64,000 bases of DNA from Verrucomicrobiota bacterium (GCA_049510745.1 JBEKYR010000003.1:51640-115639), one strand, 5' to 3'. Counted from the first letter of the stretch, positions 43,329-53,533 are shown. Translations and numbers: made by a program. Notes: generated by a model not told the origin, from the sequence alone.

Positions 43329-44456
43329 TTGGTCATAGCCGGCACCCTGCTCCCCAGCCGTCTAAGCCGCCCGCTTGCGCCTAACATCAAACGTCGGCCG
43401 CAATTCGGTAGCTCACATCGGGTTGCTTGCCGCCTGAGTAAGCAGAGCGGGCGGCTGGTGAGTCAAAGGAATACGCCGGCGGAGCAGGCCCTGGTAATGC
43501 GAGTGGGGCTGCGAACATTTTTGGCCCGATTGCCCGGAACCGATGAGGGCGTTCGGGCGATCCCGGTGGGGAGTCAGCTCGAACTGACCGGAACGTATGC
43601 GAGCCAGGGCGCGAGCCAGGACGTCGTTTCGTTCGAGTTGCTGCTCGACTCGCCGTCGGACATCGCCGTCCTGGCGCGGCCGCCTTGGTGGACATTGGAA
43701 AGGCTCTTAATCATTCTGGGCGCCTTAGCGTGCATCCTGGCGGTGACGGTGCTCTGGATTACGCAACTTCGCCGCAAGGTCGAGCAGCGCACCGCCGAAC
43801 TTGAAATCCAAATCCAGGAACGGCAGCGGGTCGAGCAGCAGCACGCCCTGGAGCAGGAACGAGCGCGCATCGCCCGGGACCTTCACGACGAATTGGGATC
43901 GGGGCTGACTGAAGTGACCATGTTGGTGGCCCGGGCGCGATCGGCCTCCGCGCCGGCGGCCACGCGGGGCGGTTATCTTGAGCAGATGGGCGACAAAGCG
44001 CGCCAGATGGTGACGGCCCTGGACGAAATCGTCTGGGCCATGAACCCCACGCATGACTCGCTGGCCTCGATGATCAGCTACTTTTCCCTTTACGCGGAGC
44101 GTTTCCTGGGATTGGCGAACATCGCCTGGCGGCTGGAACGCCCCTTCACGCCGGATGACCATGCGGTGGACTCGCCGCATCGCCACCAGTTGTTTCTTGC
44201 CTTCAAGGAAGCGCTGACCAACATTGTGCGGCACTCGGGAGCCACGGAAGTGAGCATGAACATCCAGCTTGAACAGGGACAGGTCCGCCTGACCATCGCC
44301 GACAACGGCCGGGGCTGGGGCGACGGGGGCCAAACGGAAGAAATGGACGGTGTCGCCAATATGCGGGCGCGCCTGGAAAAACTGGGGGGACGTTTTGAAG
44401 TCGCCAGTAAAACGGGCGAGGGAACGACGGTGCGCTTTGACCTGCCCTTGCGCTGA
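43329..44456 (+). CDS. HisKA_3/HATPase sensor kinase, apparently 5'-truncated (sensor domain missing)
   Basis: H-box ERARIARDLHDELGSGL plus an HATPase_c domain. A single TM helix is preceded by only the tail of a periplasmic domain (FELLLDSPSDIAVLARPPWWT). No signal peptide or first TM helix. First ATG at 43497. Confidence 0.75.
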   Translation: MVIAGTLLPSRLSRPLAPNIKRRPQFGSSHRVACRLSKQSGRLVSQRNTPAEQALVMRVGLRTFLARLPGTDEGVRAIPVGSQLELTGTYASQGASQDVVSFELLLDSPSDIAVLARPPWWTLERLLIILGALACILAVTVLWITQLRRKVEQRTAELEIQIQERQRVEQQHALEQERARIARDLHDELGSGLTEVTMLVARARSASAPAATRGGYLEQMGDKARQMVTALDEIVWAMNPTHDSLASMISYFSLYAERFLGLANIAWRLERPFTPDDHAVDSPHRHQLFLAFKEALTNIVRHSGATEVSMNIQLEQGQVRLTIADNGRGWGDGGQTEEMDGVANMRARLEKLGGRFEVASKTGEGTTVRFDLPLR

Positions 44457-44462
44457 GAGGTT

Positions 44463-45095
44463 ATGACCCGCATCGCCATCGTCGAGGACAACAAAGTCAT
44501 CCGTGAAAGCCTCATGGAATTTGTCAAGGCGGATGCGGAATGCGAATGCGTGTATGCGTGCGCGACGGCCGAGGAAGCCCTCAAAGAGATGCCAAAGCAC
44601 GAGCCGGACATCGTGCTGATGGACATTCAATTGCCTGATATTTCAGGCATCGATTGCACGGCCCGGCTGAAACAATTGCTGCCCGCCGTCCAGATCATCA
44701 TCGTCACTGTTTATGAAGACACCGAACGCATTTTCAAGGCCTTGCGCGCCGGGGCCTGCGGCTACATTTTGAAACGGTCCGCCCCCGAAGAACTCATTTC
44801 CGCCATCCACGAGGTGCGGCAGGGGGGCGCGCCCATGTCGCGGGAAATTGCCCGCAAGGTGATTGTTTCCTTCCAGGAACCGGTGACCGCCGCCGCGGAG
44901 GTGGAGGGTCTTTCCCAGCGTGAAAACGAAATCCTCGAATTGGTGGCGGCTGGGCTTCCCAACAAGCTGATCGCCGCCCGGCTTGGCCTGACCGACGGCA
45001 CCGTGCGCTGGCATCTCCGGCACGTCTATCACAAACTCCATGTGCGCTCACGAACCCAGGCCACGCGCAAGTTCCTCGGAGCCAAGGCCGAATAG
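44463..45095 (+). CDS. NarL/LuxR-family response regulator
   Basis: Receiver (IAIVEDN, VLMDIQLPDISG) plus a LuxR HTH (LSQRENEILELVAAGLPNKLIAARLGLTDGTVRWHL). Confidence 0.95.
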   Translation: MTRIAIVEDNKVIRESLMEFVKADAECECVYACATAEEALKEMPKHEPDIVLMDIQLPDISGIDCTARLKQLLPAVQIIIVTVYEDTERIFKALRAGACGYILKRSAPEELISAIHEVRQGGAPMSREIARKVIVSFQEPVTAAAEVEGLSQRENEILELVAAGLPNKLIAARLGLTDGTVRWHLRHVYHKLHVRSRTQATRKFLGAKAE

Positions 45096-45098
45096 CGT

Positions 45099-46406
45099 AT
45101 GCGGTTAAAACTTGGAGTTCTATTGGCGATGGCTTCCGTGTTTCCGGCCGTGACGGCCTCGGCGGACGGCAGTTTCCTGGCCGGGGCGGACTTTTCCCTC
45201 CTGGCGTTCTTCGAATCCCGCGGCGTCACGTATAAAGATGGCGGACAGGTTCAGGACGGGATCCACATTCTCAAGGACCACGGCCTCAATTGCGTGCGGC
45301 TGCGGCTTTTCACCAGCAGCGCCGCCCAGGCCAAGGCGGACCCATACGATTACATCAACAATGCCGCTTACACGGTGCCGCTGGCGGTGCGGGTCAAGAA
45401 TGCCGGCTTGCGCTTCTCCCTGGATTTCCATTACTCCGACACTTGGGCCGACCCCGGTCATCAAGCCACGCCCGCCGCCTGGACAAACCTTGACTTTGTC
45501 CAGCTTGTGCAACAGATGCGCGCTTACAACAGCAATACCATCGCGGCCTTCGCCGCCGCGGGAGCGATGCCCGATTATGTGCAGGTTGGAAATGAAATCA
45601 GCTCCGGCATGTTATGGCCCCTGGGAGAACTTTCGACCAACAGCGCGTCCTGGTCGCAGCTCGGCCAGTTAATGAAAGCGGCCATCCAGGGAATCCAGGA
45701 CGCGGCGGGGGCGCGCATGCCTCAAATCATTGTTCATATTGACCGGGGCGGAGATTGGGCCGGCACCATGTGGTTTTTTGACAATCTGAACGCGCAATCC
45801 GTTCCTTTCGACATCATCGGCGAGAGTTATTATCCCTTTTTCCAGGGATCACCGGAAAGTCTGAGCAACTGCCTCAACAACGCGGCCGCCCGCTATGGCA
45901 AACCCATCATCGTGGCTGAGGACGGTTTTCCCTGGACCAACACCTGTCCGTCCGCCTGGACGAACAGTCTTTACGGCTTCCCCCCCACCCCCGCCGGCCA
46001 GGTCAGCTTCATCGCGGCCCTGGCCCGGATCGTGAAAGGTGTGCCCAACCAACTCGGGGCCGGCTTTTTCTATTGGGGAGCCGAGTTTCAAGCGGTCAGC
46101 GACGTCAACGAGGCCGGTTACAATACGGCGTCGTTTTTTGACGCCAATGGCAATGTGCTGCCGGTGGCCGACGCGGTCGGCGGGATGGGCGCCCCTCTTT
46201 TGCTCAGCCCCTCCCTCGATGGCTCATCTCTGTGCCTGCAATGGCCGTTCAGCGGGGCGGCCTCGAAGTTGATGACCTCGACCAATCTGGCGCCGTCGGC
46301 GGTGTGGTCGTTTGTGACCGATTCGATTTATTCGACAGGAACGGTGTTTGCTGTCACCCTGCCGATCGGCAGCAATGTTTGTTTTTACCGGCTGCAATCG
46401 GACTGA
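45099..46406 (+). CDS. GH53 arabinogalactan endo-beta-1,4-galactanase with a C-terminal FYRL-type domain
   Basis: GLNCVRLRLF..., DFHYSDTWADPGHQATPAAW and VQVGNEISSGMLWP are GH53 hallmarks. Signal peptide. The last ~60 aa end CFYRLQSD. Confidence 0.9.
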   Translation: MRLKLGVLLAMASVFPAVTASADGSFLAGADFSLLAFFESRGVTYKDGGQVQDGIHILKDHGLNCVRLRLFTSSAAQAKADPYDYINNAAYTVPLAVRVKNAGLRFSLDFHYSDTWADPGHQATPAAWTNLDFVQLVQQMRAYNSNTIAAFAAAGAMPDYVQVGNEISSGMLWPLGELSTNSASWSQLGQLMKAAIQGIQDAAGARMPQIIVHIDRGGDWAGTMWFFDNLNAQSVPFDIIGESYYPFFQGSPESLSNCLNNAAARYGKPIIVAEDGFPWTNTCPSAWTNSLYGFPPTPAGQVSFIAALARIVKGVPNQLGAGFFYWGAEFQAVSDVNEAGYNTASFFDANGNVLPVADAVGGMGAPLLLSPSLDGSSLCLQWPFSGAASKLMTSTNLAPSAVWSFVTDSIYSTGTVFAVTLPIGSNVCFYRLQSD

Positions 46407-46458
46407 TCGTTGGGAGACCGGCCAATTCTCCCGGCAAAAGAAATTTTAAAATGGAAAA

Positions 46459-48675
46459 ATGAACCCCCTCGAGATTCACTGGACCTCTATTCGCGCGTGG
46501 TTTCTCGCGGCCATCGCTTTGTTTCTCGCCGCGGGTTGCGCGAGCCACACCAAGGCCAAAGCCGCCGCTCCCGCAAGGAGCGATGCGGGCGCGCAAATGG
46601 ACCAGGCCAAAACGCAGGCCGTTGCTCCCATGGCGGTGTTTGGAACGCCAGGAATCCAACTCCAGCCTTTCACGATGAATCACCGCCAGGGCGCGGACTC
46701 GGTCATCAATCTGTCCTTTTTGTTGGAGGCGCCCGCCGGCAGGGACGGCTTCATTCGCGTTCAAGGCAGCCACCTGATCAAACCCGACGGCCGCCCCATC
46801 CGCTTCTGGGGATTCAATCTGACGGAGTGGAGCCGGGGTTCGGTCGAAATCCCGCCGAAAGAGGATGCGCCGATGTGGGCGGCCACGCTGGCGCGCTTTG
46901 GCGTCAATCTTGTCCGGCTCCATTTCCTCGATCTTGCCGCGCCCCGCGGGATGATTGACGCGACGCGCGACGACACCCAACATTTCGATCTGGCCCAACT
47001 CGACAAGGAGGATTTTTTCATTTCGGAACTGTTAAAGCGGGGCATCTACGTTGATTTGAACCTCAACGTCGGACGGGGCGCCAAGGCCGGCGACAATGTC
47101 CTGGTCGTCCAGAACCGCATCGCCAAGGGGCCTTTATTGTTTGACAAGCGCCTGATTGAACTGGAGAAAGATTACGCCCGCCAGCTTCTCACCCACACCA
47201 ACCCCTACACGAAGAGAGCTTACGCGGATGAGCCGGGGGTGGCGATGGTTGAGATTGTGAACGAGGACGCCATCTACCCCGGTTGGAGCGCGAACAACGC
47301 CTACGACCAGGAACTGACCGACCTTTACAACGCCTGGCTGCAAAAGAACCTCGGCCCCGAAAAGTTGGGCAAACTTCGCGAACTGGCCGGGGCCGCCGAT
47401 GATCAGCCGGTCCCGCGCCTCAAGGGTGCGGCGATACGAAACGCCCCGAAAGAACGATATTATACCGAGTGCGAATTCTTCGGCGAGCTGGAGTCGGGAT
47501 TTTTTCTCGGAATGCGGTCCTATTTGAAAGACACGTTGAAAGTGAAATGCCCGGTCATTGCCACCGCGGACCACTCCCACTCGGGATCCGGTTACCCGTT
47601 GGTGGCGGATACGTCGCGGTTGGATATCGTCGATGGCCACACCTACTGGCAGCACCCGGGCGAGAGGGATTTCAAAAACGCTCCGATGGTCAATGATCCG
47701 TTCAACTCGACCGTCGTGGAACTTTCACGCACGGCGGTGGCCGGGAAACCTTACACGGTCAGCGAGGTGAACCATCCGTTCCCCAATCAGTTCGCCAGCG
47801 AAGGGATTCCGATCCTGGCCGCCTACGCCGGTTTTTTGGATTGGAGCGCTGTGGTGTGGTACACGTTCGAGCCGAAGCGCGATCCCACCTGGAGTCCGTT
47901 CATCGGCGATCCCTTCGACATGTCGCTGGATCCAATCAAAATGCCGCAAATGGCGGCGGGCGCATTGATGTTCATTCGCGGCGACCTCGAACCGGCGAAA
48001 CAAACCATCGAACGTTCCTATTCGCGCGAGCAGGTCCTGGACAGCCGGCTCCTCCCAGCCACGGAACGGCCTTATTTCACGCCGGGATTTCCGCTCGCGA
48101 CGCCGTTGCTGCATGGGTCGCGCATTGGCTCGCTTGCCGGTGAACCGACCGCCGCCCTCAGGGCCGGCGCTTCCAGCCCGTTCCGGAGCGATACCGGGCA
48201 ACTGGTTTGGCGCACGAACTCCGAGCAAGGAGGCCTGGTAACCATTGACAGCCCGCGCTCGCAAGGTCTGGTCGGGTTTGTCAAAGCGAATCACCGGCGC
48301 GTGTCAAATCTGGCTGCCGATGTCACAAACGACTTCTGTGCCATTGTCGTCAATTCCCTCGAACCCACACCCATTTCCCGCGCGCGCCGAATGCTCCTGA
48401 CGGCGTGTGCGCGCGTTGAAAACACCGGCCTGCAGTGGGACGCCCGACAGGCCCATCTGACCGAGCAAGGGCGCTCACCCACTGTGATCGAGCCTGTGAC
48501 CGGCACGATCACCCTTCGGAACCTGGAGCACGCCGTGAAGGTTACGGCCGAAGCCCTGGACGGCTCCGGCCGGCCCATCGGCGCTCCCATTATTGCCAGG
48601 AAGACCGCGGCGGGCTGGAAGATTCCCGTGGGCAAGCCCGCGACCACCTGGTACGAAGTCAGCGTGGAAAGATGA
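46459..48675 (+). CDS. lipoprotein, putative clan GH-A (TIM-barrel) glycoside hydrolase, family unassigned
   Basis: Lipobox LAAGC. IRFWGFNLTEW...GVNLVRLHFLD...MVEIVNEDAIY (NE acid/base-like) suggests a GH5-like fold. The assignment is weak. Confidence 0.65.
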   Translation: MNPLEIHWTSIRAWFLAAIALFLAAGCASHTKAKAAAPARSDAGAQMDQAKTQAVAPMAVFGTPGIQLQPFTMNHRQGADSVINLSFLLEAPAGRDGFIRVQGSHLIKPDGRPIRFWGFNLTEWSRGSVEIPPKEDAPMWAATLARFGVNLVRLHFLDLAAPRGMIDATRDDTQHFDLAQLDKEDFFISELLKRGIYVDLNLNVGRGAKAGDNVLVVQNRIAKGPLLFDKRLIELEKDYARQLLTHTNPYTKRAYADEPGVAMVEIVNEDAIYPGWSANNAYDQELTDLYNAWLQKNLGPEKLGKLRELAGAADDQPVPRLKGAAIRNAPKERYYTECEFFGELESGFFLGMRSYLKDTLKVKCPVIATADHSHSGSGYPLVADTSRLDIVDGHTYWQHPGERDFKNAPMVNDPFNSTVVELSRTAVAGKPYTVSEVNHPFPNQFASEGIPILAAYAGFLDWSAVVWYTFEPKRDPTWSPFIGDPFDMSLDPIKMPQMAAGALMFIRGDLEPAKQTIERSYSREQVLDSRLLPATERPYFTPGFPLATPLLHGSRIGSLAGEPTAALRAGASSPFRSDTGQLVWRTNSEQGGLVTIDSPRSQGLVGFVKANHRRVSNLAADVTNDFCAIVVNSLEPTPISRARRMLLTACARVENTGLQWDARQAHLTEQGRSPTVIEPVTGTITLRNLEHAVKVTAEALDGSGRPIGAPIIARKTAAGWKIPVGKPATTWYEVSVER

Positions 48676-48808
48676 GCGGCAAAACGCTCCGCGCCGGGAG
48701 CGCGGCGGACTGATCCTCCGCAGAACTCACACGGACCGCCGCGGAGTTGGACAAACAAAGGACGCGGCGGTAATAATTGGGTAACAATCGGGCCGCAGGT
48801 TTGTGCGC

Positions 48809-50269
48809 ATGAAAATAAAATATTCATTCCGGCCAGGGCGGGCAGCCAAAACGTTGCTCGCGCTTTCCTTCACCGCAACCCTGCTCGCCACCGCCCCGGC
48901 GGCGCGGGCGGATTCACCTTCCGATCTTCTCGAACAGGGAATCTATTCGGAACAGACCAAAGGCGACCTCGACGGCGCCATGCAGTTGTATCAAAAAGTC
49001 ATCGCCCAGGCCAAATCGAACCAGGCCCTGGCCGCCCAGGCCCAGTATCATCTGGGCGCTTGCTATTACAAAAAGCAGGATTTCACCAACGCCAACGCGG
49101 CCTTTGAATCCGTGATTAAAGATTATCCCGGCGAAACAAACATCGTCGCCCTGGCCCGCAAGTATCTCGCCTCCGCCACCGCGCTCCAGCCGGTTCCCTG
49201 GGTGGATGACGAGGACATGCGGCTGGATCTCAGACTGGCGGGCGGGTTGAAGGTCGGCTCGGCCGATTACAGCGTCCGCGCCGGCGAGACCAACGGCCAA
49301 AAAACCTGGCGCTTTAGCTCGCGCGTCGAGGCCGCCGGCAGCCAGTCCGTCAGCCATGTCGAAGCCGAAGCCGGCACGCTCAAACCGCTGCACAGCGTTT
49401 GGAAGCACTCCTTGCTCGGGGAAGTCGAGACCGTCTATTACCCGGACCACGCCGACTTGACGACGGCCGGCAAAGCAGAGACCAAGAAGCTGGAGTTCGA
49501 TGGCACGGTTCTTGACAACGAAGAGGTGGTGCAATGGATGCGCTGCCTGCCGCTGGCGGACGGATACAAGACCAGCCAGCAGATTCTGACCGGTCTGGGT
49601 TGCCAAATGGTCCCGCTGAAATTCGAGGTCAGCGGCCCGGAGCAGGTCCAGGTCCCCGCGGGGACCAACGATTGTTACAAGGTCGAGTTGAACATTGGCC
49701 AGACCTTCTGGTATTCGAGCGATGCCAAACATTATCTGGTCAAATTTGAAGGTGGCGGCGTCATCGGCGAATTGACCGGCGTCACGCAGCGGGCGCCCGG
49801 CGAAAAGGCCGCCTACAGCGATTCCACGTTCGGCTTTTCCCTGACCGCACCCGCCGGCTGGTCGTTTGACAAGGAGGAGATCGACAAGACAAACAAGACC
49901 GGTGTCACTATTCTCGATCCCCAAGGCCTGGCGGCGAGCGATTTGGCCGTGCAAACGATGAGCACGCTCAAGGCTGACGAGACGAACTCACTGCGCACGT
50001 TTGCCAATGCCAGGCTGGCGGAGGACGCCAAGATTTTGAAAGACTTCAAGGTGCGCTCCGATAGCTGGCAGGACCGGACGGTTGCCGGGCAACCGGCGGT
50101 CGGCGTCGTGAGCGATTACATGGTTGGAAAGGCGAAGAAGGTGCTTTACCATGTTTGGAGTTTTGGTCCCACCAATGCCGCCTGCTTCTACACTCACGTC
50201 GCGGCCTCGGATTTTGACGGCTTCCGTCCGAAATTCGACGCGGTGGTTAATTCCTTTCAAACCCCGTGA
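48809..50269 (+). CDS. secreted protein with an N-terminal TPR pair and an unassigned C-terminal domain
   Basis: Signal peptide. LDGAMQLYQKVIAQ...AQAQYHLGACYYKKQDFTNANAAFESVIKDYPG is TPR/YbgF-like. The stop overlaps the next gene's start (GTGA). Confidence 0.75.
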   Translation: MKIKYSFRPGRAAKTLLALSFTATLLATAPAARADSPSDLLEQGIYSEQTKGDLDGAMQLYQKVIAQAKSNQALAAQAQYHLGACYYKKQDFTNANAAFESVIKDYPGETNIVALARKYLASATALQPVPWVDDEDMRLDLRLAGGLKVGSADYSVRAGETNGQKTWRFSSRVEAAGSQSVSHVEAEAGTLKPLHSVWKHSLLGEVETVYYPDHADLTTAGKAETKKLEFDGTVLDNEEVVQWMRCLPLADGYKTSQQILTGLGCQMVPLKFEVSGPEQVQVPAGTNDCYKVELNIGQTFWYSSDAKHYLVKFEGGGVIGELTGVTQRAPGEKAAYSDSTFGFSLTAPAGWSFDKEEIDKTNKTGVTILDPQGLAASDLAVQTMSTLKADETNSLRTFANARLAEDAKILKDFKVRSDSWQDRTVAGQPAVGVVSDYMVGKAKKVLYHVWSFGPTNAACFYTHVAASDFDGFRPKFDAVVNSFQTP

Positions 50270-52119
50270 GAGCGGTTTTGCGCCATCTCTCCGTCAGCGC
50301 CAGCCGGCCCGCCAGTGGCTGGCTGACGCTGCTGTTGTTGCTGGCGGTGCTGGTGCCCTCCGCGTGCCTGCTCTGGTTTATGAACCAGGCCGTGCGCAAC
50401 GAGCGCCTGGCCCTGCGCCAGCAATTGATGGACGCCTACCGCGACAATCTGGCGCTGGCGCGCAACCGCCTGGACTCTTACTGGAACAACGCCGCGCGCG
50501 CCTTCGACACGAATACTCTGCCCGCTCCCGCCCTGTTTGCCGCTGCCGTCCGCGCGGATGTGGCGGACGCTGTCATCTGTTTGGATTCCGCCGGCAAGGT
50601 GGTTTATCCCGACGCCGGCCGCCCCCTGGAACGGGAGGAAGAGGGGCCGCTGACCGAGTCAAAAGACCCGGCCGCCGCGGCGCAGCTTTTTGCCGGGAGG
50701 GCCGCCGACGCCACCAACGCAACCCTGGCCGCGCGCGCGCTGCAAGCCGAAGTCCGGTGCCTCCTGCAAGCGGGCAAAAAGGAAGAGGCGATCGCGGTCG
50801 TGACCAATTCACTGGCCGCGCCGCGGTTCGCGCAAGCAGCCGATGCGGACGGGAGATGGATTGTTCCCAACACGGAGTTGATGGCGCTGGAAGCCGCCGG
50901 CGAATCGCGCCCGTTGCTGGAGCTATTGCGCGCCCAACTGCTCGATTACGACCGCCCGATGCCCGCGCCGCAACGGCGTTTCCTCATGCGCCGGACGCAA
51001 CAACTGTTTCCGCGGCAGCCGGCCTTTCCGACCCTCGCCGCCGAAGAATTGGCGGCGGCTTACCTGGAGGAGAGGCCGACGAATCTCTGGCAGATTGCCG
51101 CCGGCAACGGGCGTGTGCTCCTGCTGTTCAGGACGGACAGCCTGCCCCGGCGGCTGCGCGGCGCCATTGGACCGGACACGGCGTTGCTTTCCCCCGGCAA
51201 GGAGACCGGCAATTATCTGGTGGCCGATTCCGCCGGGACGAATCTGCCGGGATGGCGCCTGGCGCTGGCCTTGAACGACCGGCGGTTCGACGCGGCGGCG
51301 GAGGCGCAAATTGCAGCCTACTTCTGGGTGGGCATCCTGGTGCTGGCGGCGGTGGCCGTCCTGGCCGTCATTGCCGTGCGGTTGATTCGGCGGCAGGTGC
51401 AGGCCGCCCAACTCAGGAACGATCTGGTAGCCAACGTCACCCACGAACTCAAGACGCCGCTCTCCGCCATGCGCCTGCTGGTGGACACCTTGCTCAACGC
51501 CCCTGTTCTCCACGAACCCACCGCCCGCCAGTACCTTCAATTGATCGCCGCGGAAAACCTGCGCCTCAGCCGGCTGATCGACAATTTCCTGGCCTTCTCG
51601 CGCATGGAACGGAACAAGCGCGCCTTCGATTTCGCCCCGACCCCGCCAAAAGAGATTGTTGACAGCGCCGCCGCCGCCGTCCGCGAACGGTTCCAGCCGC
51701 CCGAATGCCGTTTCGACGCGCGGGCCGCGCCCGATTTGCCGCCCATCTCCGCCGATGCCGGCGCCCTGGTCACCGCGCTGCTCAACCTTCTGGACAACGC
51801 CTACAAATACTCGGGCGACCGGAAGGAAATCACGCTGCGCGCCGAGGCCGGCAATGGCAGCGTCACCTTTGCGGTCAGCGACAACGGCATCGGTTTGGCC
51901 CCGCGCGAAACCAAACGGATTTTCAAGCGGTTTTACCAAGTGGACCGGCGCCTGGCGCGGACAGGCGGCGGCTGCGGATTGGGTTTGAGCATTGTGCAGT
52001 TCATTGTCACGGCCCACCAGGGCACGGTGCGGGTGGAGAGCGAGCCGGGCCGCGGCAGCACCTTTACCATCAGCATTCCGGCGGCCCGCGAGGCCGCCGC
52101 CACGGAAGGGGGCCGATGA
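50266..52119 (+). CDS. sensor histidine kinase (large periplasmic domain, HisKA-HATPase)
   Basis: H-box THELKTPLSAM, plus NLLDNAYKY, DNGIGL and GLGLSIV boxes. Confidence 0.9.
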   Translation: MRAVLRHLSVSASRPASGWLTLLLLLAVLVPSACLLWFMNQAVRNERLALRQQLMDAYRDNLALARNRLDSYWNNAARAFDTNTLPAPALFAAAVRADVADAVICLDSAGKVVYPDAGRPLEREEEGPLTESKDPAAAAQLFAGRAADATNATLAARALQAEVRCLLQAGKKEEAIAVVTNSLAAPRFAQAADADGRWIVPNTELMALEAAGESRPLLELLRAQLLDYDRPMPAPQRRFLMRRTQQLFPRQPAFPTLAAEELAAAYLEERPTNLWQIAAGNGRVLLLFRTDSLPRRLRGAIGPDTALLSPGKETGNYLVADSAGTNLPGWRLALALNDRRFDAAAEAQIAAYFWVGILVLAAVAVLAVIAVRLIRRQVQAAQLRNDLVANVTHELKTPLSAMRLLVDTLLNAPVLHEPTARQYLQLIAAENLRLSRLIDNFLAFSRMERNKRAFDFAPTPPKEIVDSAAAAVRERFQPPECRFDARAAPDLPPISADAGALVTALLNLLDNAYKYSGDRKEITLRAEAGNGSVTFAVSDNGIGLAPRETKRIFKRFYQVDRRLARTGGGCGLGLSIVQFIVTAHQGTVRVESEPGRGSTFTISIPAAREAAATEGGR

Positions 52120-52799
52120 ACGCCGCCCGGATTTTAATCATCGAAGACGAGCCGGCCCTGCGGCGCGGCTTGAAGGACAATTTCGAGACCGAAGGTTACC
52201 GGGTCCGCACGGCCCAGGACGGGGAGGCGGGACTGGAGGCCCTGTTGCGGGAGCCGCCCGACCTGCTGCTGCTGGACCTGATGCTCCCCAAGGTCAACGG
52301 CTACGAGATTTGCCGCACCGCCCGCTCCCGCCGCCTGGAGTTTCCCATCATCATGCTCACCGCCAAGGGACAGGAGGACGACATTGTCCGCGGCCTGGAA
52401 CTGGGGGCCGACGATTATGTGACCAAGCCTTTCAGCATCCGCGAGCTGCTGGCGCGGGTCAAAGCGCTGCTCCGCCGCGGCGGCGCCGCTTCCTCCGAAT
52501 ACCTCTTCGGCGGCTGCCGCCTCGACTTGACAGCGCACAAACTCTTCCGCAACGGGGCCGAGGTGCCGCTGACGGCCAAGGAATTCCGCCTGCTCGAATT
52601 CTTTGCCAAACGCGCCGGCCGCGCCCTGACGCGGGACAGCATTCTGGACGCGGTCTGGGGCCAGGACATTCTGGTCAATGACCGCAGCGTGGACCGGTGC
52701 GTCACGACCTTGCGGGCGAAAATCGAGGCCGATCCGCACAACCCCGCCTTGATCCAGACGATCCGCGATATCGGCTACCGCTTTGAGGCCCCCCCATGA
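52116..52799 (+). CDS. OmpR/PhoB-family response regulator
   Basis: RILIIEDEPAL, LLLDLMLPKVNG, a winged-helix LTAKEFRLLEFF and IGYRF. ATGA overlap with the kinase gene. Confidence 0.95.
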   Translation: MNAARILIIEDEPALRRGLKDNFETEGYRVRTAQDGEAGLEALLREPPDLLLLDLMLPKVNGYEICRTARSRRLEFPIIMLTAKGQEDDIVRGLELGADDYVTKPFSIRELLARVKALLRRGGAASSEYLFGGCRLDLTAHKLFRNGAEVPLTAKEFRLLEFFAKRAGRALTRDSILDAVWGQDILVNDRSVDRCVTTLRAKIEADPHNPALIQTIRDIGYRFEAPP

Positions 52800-53533
52800 T
52801 CGAAACCCGGCAATTGACCAAACTCTTTCACGACAAGAAACGCGGCGAGATTGCGGCCGTCGATCACGTCGATTTCCGTTGCGAGCCGGGCAGAGTCTTC
52901 GGCCTGCTGGGCGTCAACGGGGCCGGCAAGACAACCTGTCTCCGTTTGCTGGCCACGCTGCTCCGTCCCACTTCCGGCAGCGCCACGATCAACGGATTTG
53001 ATGTTGTGCGCGAGCCGCAAAAGGCGCGGGCGAGCATCGGGTTTCTTTCCACCGCCACCGCGCTCTACGGGCGGCTGACGGCCTATGAAGTGGTCCAGTA
53101 CTTCGGGCGGCTTCACGGCCTGGACGAGGCCGCGCTAGGCCCGCGCATCGACGCGCTTTTCCAGACGCTGGAGATGAACGAGTTCCGCGACCGCCGTTGC
53201 GACAAGCTCTCCACCGGCATGAAACAGAAAACCTCGATCGCCCGCACGCTGGTGCATGACCCGCCGGTGATGATCTTTGACGAACCGACCCTCGGTTTGG
53301 ACGTGTTGACAGCGCGGACGGTCATCGGCTTCATTCGCGAGTGCGGCCACCGGGGCAAGACCGTCATCTTTTCCACCCACGTGATGAGCGAGGCGGAAAA
53401 ACTCTGCGACACCATCGCCATCATCCACGGCGGGCGGATTCTGGCCGAAGGAACGCTGGCGCAATTGCGGGAACGAGCCGGCCTGCAAAGCCTGGAAGAC
53501 ATTTTCATCAAAGTCGTGGAGGAAAAACCGTGA
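52796..53533 (+). CDS. ABC transporter ATP-binding protein (NatA-like)
   Basis: Walker A GVNGAGKTT, signature LSTGMKQK, Walker B MIFDEP. ATGA overlap upstream. Confidence 0.95.
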   Translation: MIETRQLTKLFHDKKRGEIAAVDHVDFRCEPGRVFGLLGVNGAGKTTCLRLLATLLRPTSGSATINGFDVVREPQKARASIGFLSTATALYGRLTAYEVVQYFGRLHGLDEAALGPRIDALFQTLEMNEFRDRRCDKLSTGMKQKTSIARTLVHDPPVMIFDEPTLGLDVLTARTVIGFIRECGHRGKTVIFSTHVMSEAEKLCDTIAIIHGGRILAEGTLAQLRERAGLQSLEDIFIKVVEEKP

